Part shown: one piece after another, positions 59,341 to 64,000 of the stretch
Layout of the letters: the number at the start of each line of letters is the position of its first letter
How positions within the stretch are numbered: the first letter of the stretch is position 1
Made by a program: the position numbers and the translations under genes
NCBI GenBank assembly: GCA_038087875.1
Contig: JAXLNO010004298.1
Coordinates: 1-64,000, forward strand
Direction: 5' to 3'
Source: Malacoraja senta
Taxonomy: Eukaryota
DNA length: 64,000 nucleotides
Notes under the pieces: model-generated
The model's input: the letters and a program-made list of their open reading frames with translations, nothing else
What the model was told of the DNA's origin: nothing
Database searches by the model: none

Positions 59341-60169
59341 GGGGACCGGTCAGGAAGAGGCCGTCCGCTATACAAAGAGAGCAATGAGAGGTCTCCTCTG
59401 CAATATGAACTAATATGATCGTCAGGCTGATGGATGTTAGTTCCAGATGATCCTGCAACTGAACTGATAGTTGGTGCAAACACACACACAACAATGCAGG
59501 AAGATGTTTACAACTACAAATCTGCTTTCATAGGTCAAAGTGTAATACATTTGTTCCCCCAATATGATTCTTCCTCTTGCCTATGGCGTGCACAGCCTAA
59601 AGTTGTCAGACAACTTGTTCTATTTGATCTTACTTGATTGTGCACGCCAGGTTGATTGCATTCGTCGAAACAAGGCGGACCACGTGAAGGTTTGAATCCC
59701 CCCCCCCCCCCCCCCAATACGAATGATGAACCCGAAGTCGTCAAAGGTATTTTATCTGTTACAAATGAGGTGTGCTCGTGAGGTTGCGAGAGATTTATTA
59801 ACTAGATTGGACTTCCTTTCATAAGTGGCAACTTCTCCGGCAACTCGCCTGATTCCACTGCATAGGACACTACACGCGTGCAATATACCTGTTACAACCA
59901 TGCATTAGCTGCAATTATTTGCGATTTATCGTCTTTGCACAGGCATTTTCGCATTCTCTAATGGCCTCTTTCATTCAGAGTCCAGTGAAGCTCTAATTTA
60001 GCATTGTTCCCCAATCGATAACACTCATATCTGGAATCATTTCTATCTCTATCACCACCCTTCACTCCAAAGATCTGGCCTGTTTCCCATTTAATAATGT
60101 TCATTATCTTGAACTATTTCTATCATTAATTACCGTGCATCGTTCGTCCCTTCTTCAGACTTGCTAAAG

Positions 60170-60660
60170 ATATCTCGTTTTCACACCTTTCCCTTCCATA
60201 TCTCTGGTTTCCCTCTCCCCTGACTCTCAGTCTGAAGAAGGGTCTAGACCCGAAATGTCGCCCGTTCCTTCTATCCAGAGATGCCGCCTATCCCGCTGAG
60301 TCACTCCAGCATTTTTTGTGTGTCTATGTTCGATTTTGAACCAGCATCTGCAGTTCCTTCCTGCACATTTTGTCTGGAGGGAAGGAATGGGTGACGTCTC
60401 GGGTCGAGACCCTTCAGACTAGGTCTGCTCAGGGTCGGGACCCGAATTGTCACCTATTCCTTCTCTCCAGTGACGCTGCCTGTCCCGCTGAGTTACTCCA
60501 GCATTTCCTGTCTATCTGCCCCAGCAGAGCTGGCCGTGGCAGAGCAAGGATGGACCGGGTGCGACGGGCCACAGTGCACGTCGGTCCCGCTGAGTTACTC
60601 CAGCATTTTGTGTCTATCTTCAGCGTAAACCAGCATCTGCAGTTCCTTCCTCCTTACTGC
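60170..60660. mobile_element. Cluster of Penelope-like terminal repeats
   Basis: Three units; core CTGAAGAagggtctagacccGAAA at 60232-60255. Confidence 0.6.
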
Positions 60661-60819
60661 AAAGATCTAGTGTGTTCCCTAATCAATAATGTTTATATCT
60701 TGAATGCATTTGATATCCATCGCTAATCACTACCCATTGTTCATCCCTTAGAATAAGGATCTGGTCTGTTCCCTAATCAATGATGCTCATATGTTGATTC
60801 ATTTCTATGTCTACCAACA

Positions 60820-61130
60820 CTGTGTGCAGCGGTAGAACTATTGCCTTACAGCATCAGAGACCCGGGTTCGATCCTGACTACGGGTGCTGTCTGTACGGAG
60901 TTTATACGTTCTCCCCGTGACCAGTGTGGGTGTTCTCCGAGATCTTTGGTTTCCAAACCACACTCCAAAGACGTCCAGGGCTTGTAGTTTAATTGGCTCA
61001 GTGTATATGTAAAATGGTCACTGGCCTGTGTACGGTAGTGTTAATGTGTGGTGATGGCAGGTCAGTGCGGACCTGGTGGGCCAAAGGGCCTGTTTTCTTC
61101 ACTGTATCTCTAAATTGAACTAAGCTAAAC
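60820..61130 (+). mobile_element. HE1-like V-SINE
   Basis: gcagcggtagaact...gacccgggttcgatcctgactacgggtgctgtctgtacggag. Confidence 0.8.
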
Positions 61131-61614
61131 CACCACCAACCATTGTTCATCCCTTGGTATAAGGATCTGGATTGTGACAAATTGTCACAATCCCTTGGTA
61201 TAAGGATCTGGATTGTCACAACTGTTACTTTGTAGATTAAACAGCTTCCAATATTCATCTTGTGCATCTTGGCTTAGATTTTTCAAGTTCCATCTCAAAG
61301 ATGGTGGAAAATAGTCGCCATTCGCAAAGATAAATATTTCATTTACTTTGCTTGTTGGAGATTTCCTGCAAATATTCGAGTTGAATGCCAGATCGAGCTC
61401 TCTTTGTCTTTAAGGTTTGTGAATTTTATTAGCAAGAAATGGTGAGATGTAACAGCCTTTAAAATAAATTACTTCATGTAACTGATCTTTTATTGCTACT
61501 AATTTCAACAATTTTGTTAAAAAATTAAGTTTTGTTGCTTGAGGCATTAATATGCAGAGGGATCTTGGGGGTCCAAGTCCATAACTCCCTGAAAGTGACA
61601 ACTTTGAGGTTTAG

Positions 61615-62310
61615 CTGGGAAGGGTGCAGAGAAGATTTCCGAGGATGTTGCTGGGACTCGAAGGCCTGAGCTGCAGGGAGAGTTTGAGCATGCCAGGACT
61701 TTGTTCCTTGGAGTGCAGGAGGAAGTGGGGTGATCTTATAGAGGTGAGGGGAATAGATTTTTGGGACGCGCTAGAGGCAGGAAACATGTTCCCGATGTTG
61801 GGGGAGTCCAGAACCAGGGGCCACACTGTTTAAGAATAAGGGGTAAGCGATTTAGAACGGAGGTGAAGAAACACTTTTTCACACAGGGAGTTGTGAGTCT
61901 GTGGAGTTCTCTGCCTCAGAGGGCGTTGGAGGCCGATTTTTTAGGTGCTTTCAAGAGAGAGCTAGATAGGGCTCTTAAAGATAGCAGAGTCAGGGGATAT
62001 GGGGAGAAGGCAGGAACGGGGTACTGATTGTGGATGATCACATTGAATGGCGGTGCTGGCTCGAATAGCCTACTCCTGCACCTATTGTCTATTGAATCTG
62101 AGAGGTAGCTTTTTCACACAAGGCGTGGTGGGTGTATGGAACAAGCTGCCAGAGGAGGTAGTTGAGGCTGGGACTATCCCAACGTTTAAGAAACAGATGG
62201 TTTGGAGGGATATGGACCCAAGCTCCGCTCTAAGATATTTGATTGCGACCAAGCGCAGGCAAGTGGGACTAGTGTAGCTGGGACATGTTGGCCGGTGTGG
62301 GCAGATTAAG
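61615..62310 (+). mobile_element. Mosaic of CR1 3' fragments
   Basis: ORFs 61624..61833, 61761..62027 and 62047..62277. Confidence 0.8.
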
Positions 62311-62984
62311 CCGGACTCGGCTTAATCTAACCCAGAATTAATCTCTTTTTTAGTTTCACTCTCTCCGCTCCGCCCATGCATGCTCCATTTTTGCGGAAAC
62401 GCAACTCTGTGTTAATCTCCTCACCCGACGGTCGCCCTTCTCGTCCCGTGAGGGTCTCGGTTGAAGAAGCGGTCCCTCTGAGCCCGGTTACAGACTCGGG
62501 GGGTAGGGACCCCCGAACGAGGGAGGAGCTGAAGCGGCTTGACCAGGTGAGCGACGCTCGGGGACAAAGCGATCGCTGCCCCCTGTTTGCCGGCGAGGAG
62601 TCGGTGGAAGGGACCCCCCCCCCCCCCCCCGTTGCCCCTGCCCGGTCGGTCCACAGCCCCCGCGGGGTGCGCCACGGGTCGTTGCCCCTTGAGAGAATCT
62701 GGAGGGACACAAGGAACTTTTACAACTTGCCAACATGTCCCAGCTACACTAGTCCCACCTGCCTGCGCTTGGTCCATATCCCTGCTGCAAACCTGTCCTG
62801 TCCATGTACCTGTCTGTTTCTTTAACGTTGGGATATAGTCCCAGCCACAATGAATGGCGGTGCGGGCTCCAAGGGCCAAATGGCCTCCTGCACCTATTTT
62901 CGATGTTTGTCCCAACTTCCATATCAATACACGGACATGACTCCAGCACTTTGTGTCTTTTCCTGGCAAGCGATAGGAGGTGTG

Positions 62985-63138
62985 GGTGGGGGTGATGGTG
63001 GGGTGAGGGTATTGGTTGGGGTGAGGGTGGGAGTGGGGGTGGGGTTATGGGTGAGGGTGCGGGTGAGTGAGGGTGGGGCTGGGAGTGTGGGTGAGGGTGA
63101 GGGTGGGGGTGAAGGTGGGGCATGAGGGTGGGGGGGGG
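62985..63138. repeat. G-rich (GGGTGA)-like low-complexity repeat
   Basis: Many GGG runs with TGA/TG spacers. Confidence 0.8.
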
Positions 63139-63239
63139 GAGTTGATTAATAAATGGGAAGAAGAAAGACCCGAAATGAAAAAGACAGAGGGTGAAATAAG
63201 ATATGGGAAGAAGAGGTGTGGGTTGTGAACCCAGCGAGA

Positions 63240-63750
63240 GTCAAGTCAACTTTATTTGACACATATACAAGATGTACAGTGAAATGAAAGTGGCAATGCC
63301 TGCGGATTGTGCAAAAAACAACAGAACAACAGAACAGAACTGAACCAGTATTTACATTTAAATAAAAAGACACAACAGTATTTACGCCCTGGTGAGATCA
63401 GAGTTTACAGTCCTGATGGCCTGTGGGAAGAAACTCCGTCTCATCCTCTCTGTTTTCGCAGCGTGACAGCGGAGGCGCTTGCCTGACCGTAGCAGCTGGA
63501 ACAGTCCGTTGCTGGGGTGGTAGGGGTCCCCCATAATGTTGCTGGCTCTGGATCTGCACCTCCTGGTGTATAGGTCCTGCAGGGGGGTGAGTGTAGTTCC
63601 CATGGTGCATTCGGCCGAACGCACTACTCTCTGCAGAGCCTTCCTGTCCTGGGCAGAGCTGTTCCCAAACCAGATCGAGATGTTGCCGTACAGGATGCTT
63701 TCTACAGCACCAGAGTAGAAGGACTGAAGGATCCTCGGAGAGACTTATCC
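63240..63750 (-). mobile_element. Rex1/Babar 3' fragment
   Basis: ORF 63382..63624; tail tcaagtcaactttatt. Confidence 0.82.
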
Positions 63751-63899
63751 TCAGAAAGGATTATAGGTGGAAGGGGGTCAGGAGGTGGTGGGAGAGGAAG
63801 GTGAGAAATGGGTTCAAATCCAGGTGAAGCACAGAGAAAAGAGGAGGGGGGAGGGGGGGGAGGTGGGAGGAAGAAATGGGAGATATTTGTTGGCTAATT

Positions 63900-64000
63900 T
63901 CATAGAACACTTGTGCTTGGCCCACCAAGACCTGCTGGATCTCCCGGTTGCCAGCCATTTTAACTCCCCTTCCCATTCCCACATTGACCTTTCTGTCCTG
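63900..64000 (+). mobile_element. Penelope-like GIY-YIG fragment running off the window
   Basis: Plus strand reads PVASHFNSPSHSHIDLSVL. Confidence 0.55.

Noticed and set aside
61270-61420. Possible small exons in unique AT-rich sequence
   Set aside because: Weak splice signals, no homology and no partner exons; cannot be supported

Overview
This is eukaryotic vertebrate DNA. The HE1-like V-SINEs, dense CR1 LINEs and shark-type TRIM suggest a cartilaginous fish, probably a skate or ray (inference). Most of the window is retrotransposon and MITE debris: CR1, L1/Tx1, Rex1, L2, Penelope-like ends, V-SINEs, and hAT and Harbinger MITEs. There are three N gaps. Exons were identified by splice sites, phase and translation, which the ORF track largely misses. 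From left to right: (1) a U1 snRNA gene (11669-11832, minus) with PSE, octamer and 3' box, inside a degenerate repeat whose unit is inflated by a nested CR1/L1 stack; (2) a TDP2-like first exon enclosed by Harbinger-like TIRs; (3) the last two exons of a TRIM/B30.2 gene (minus); (4) the last four exons of PPT2 (plus), with a 2-nt frameshift in the last exon; (5) a butyrophilin/B7-like gene, leader-V-V-C-V, with a 5,075-bp tandem duplication whose two V exons differ only by nonsynonymous changes; (6) the last six exons of a carnitine O-acetyltransferase-like gene whose catalytic His codon is Gln. The TRIM-PPT2-BTN-CRAT-like set resembles an MHC or MHC-paralogon neighbourhood. Best leads: the CRAT-like putative pseudoenzyme, the TIR-flanked TDP2 exon, the diversifying BTN-like V exons, and hammerhead-bearing Penelope ends. 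Human residue numbers and exon sizes are recalled, not looked up. Repeat boundaries are approximate.
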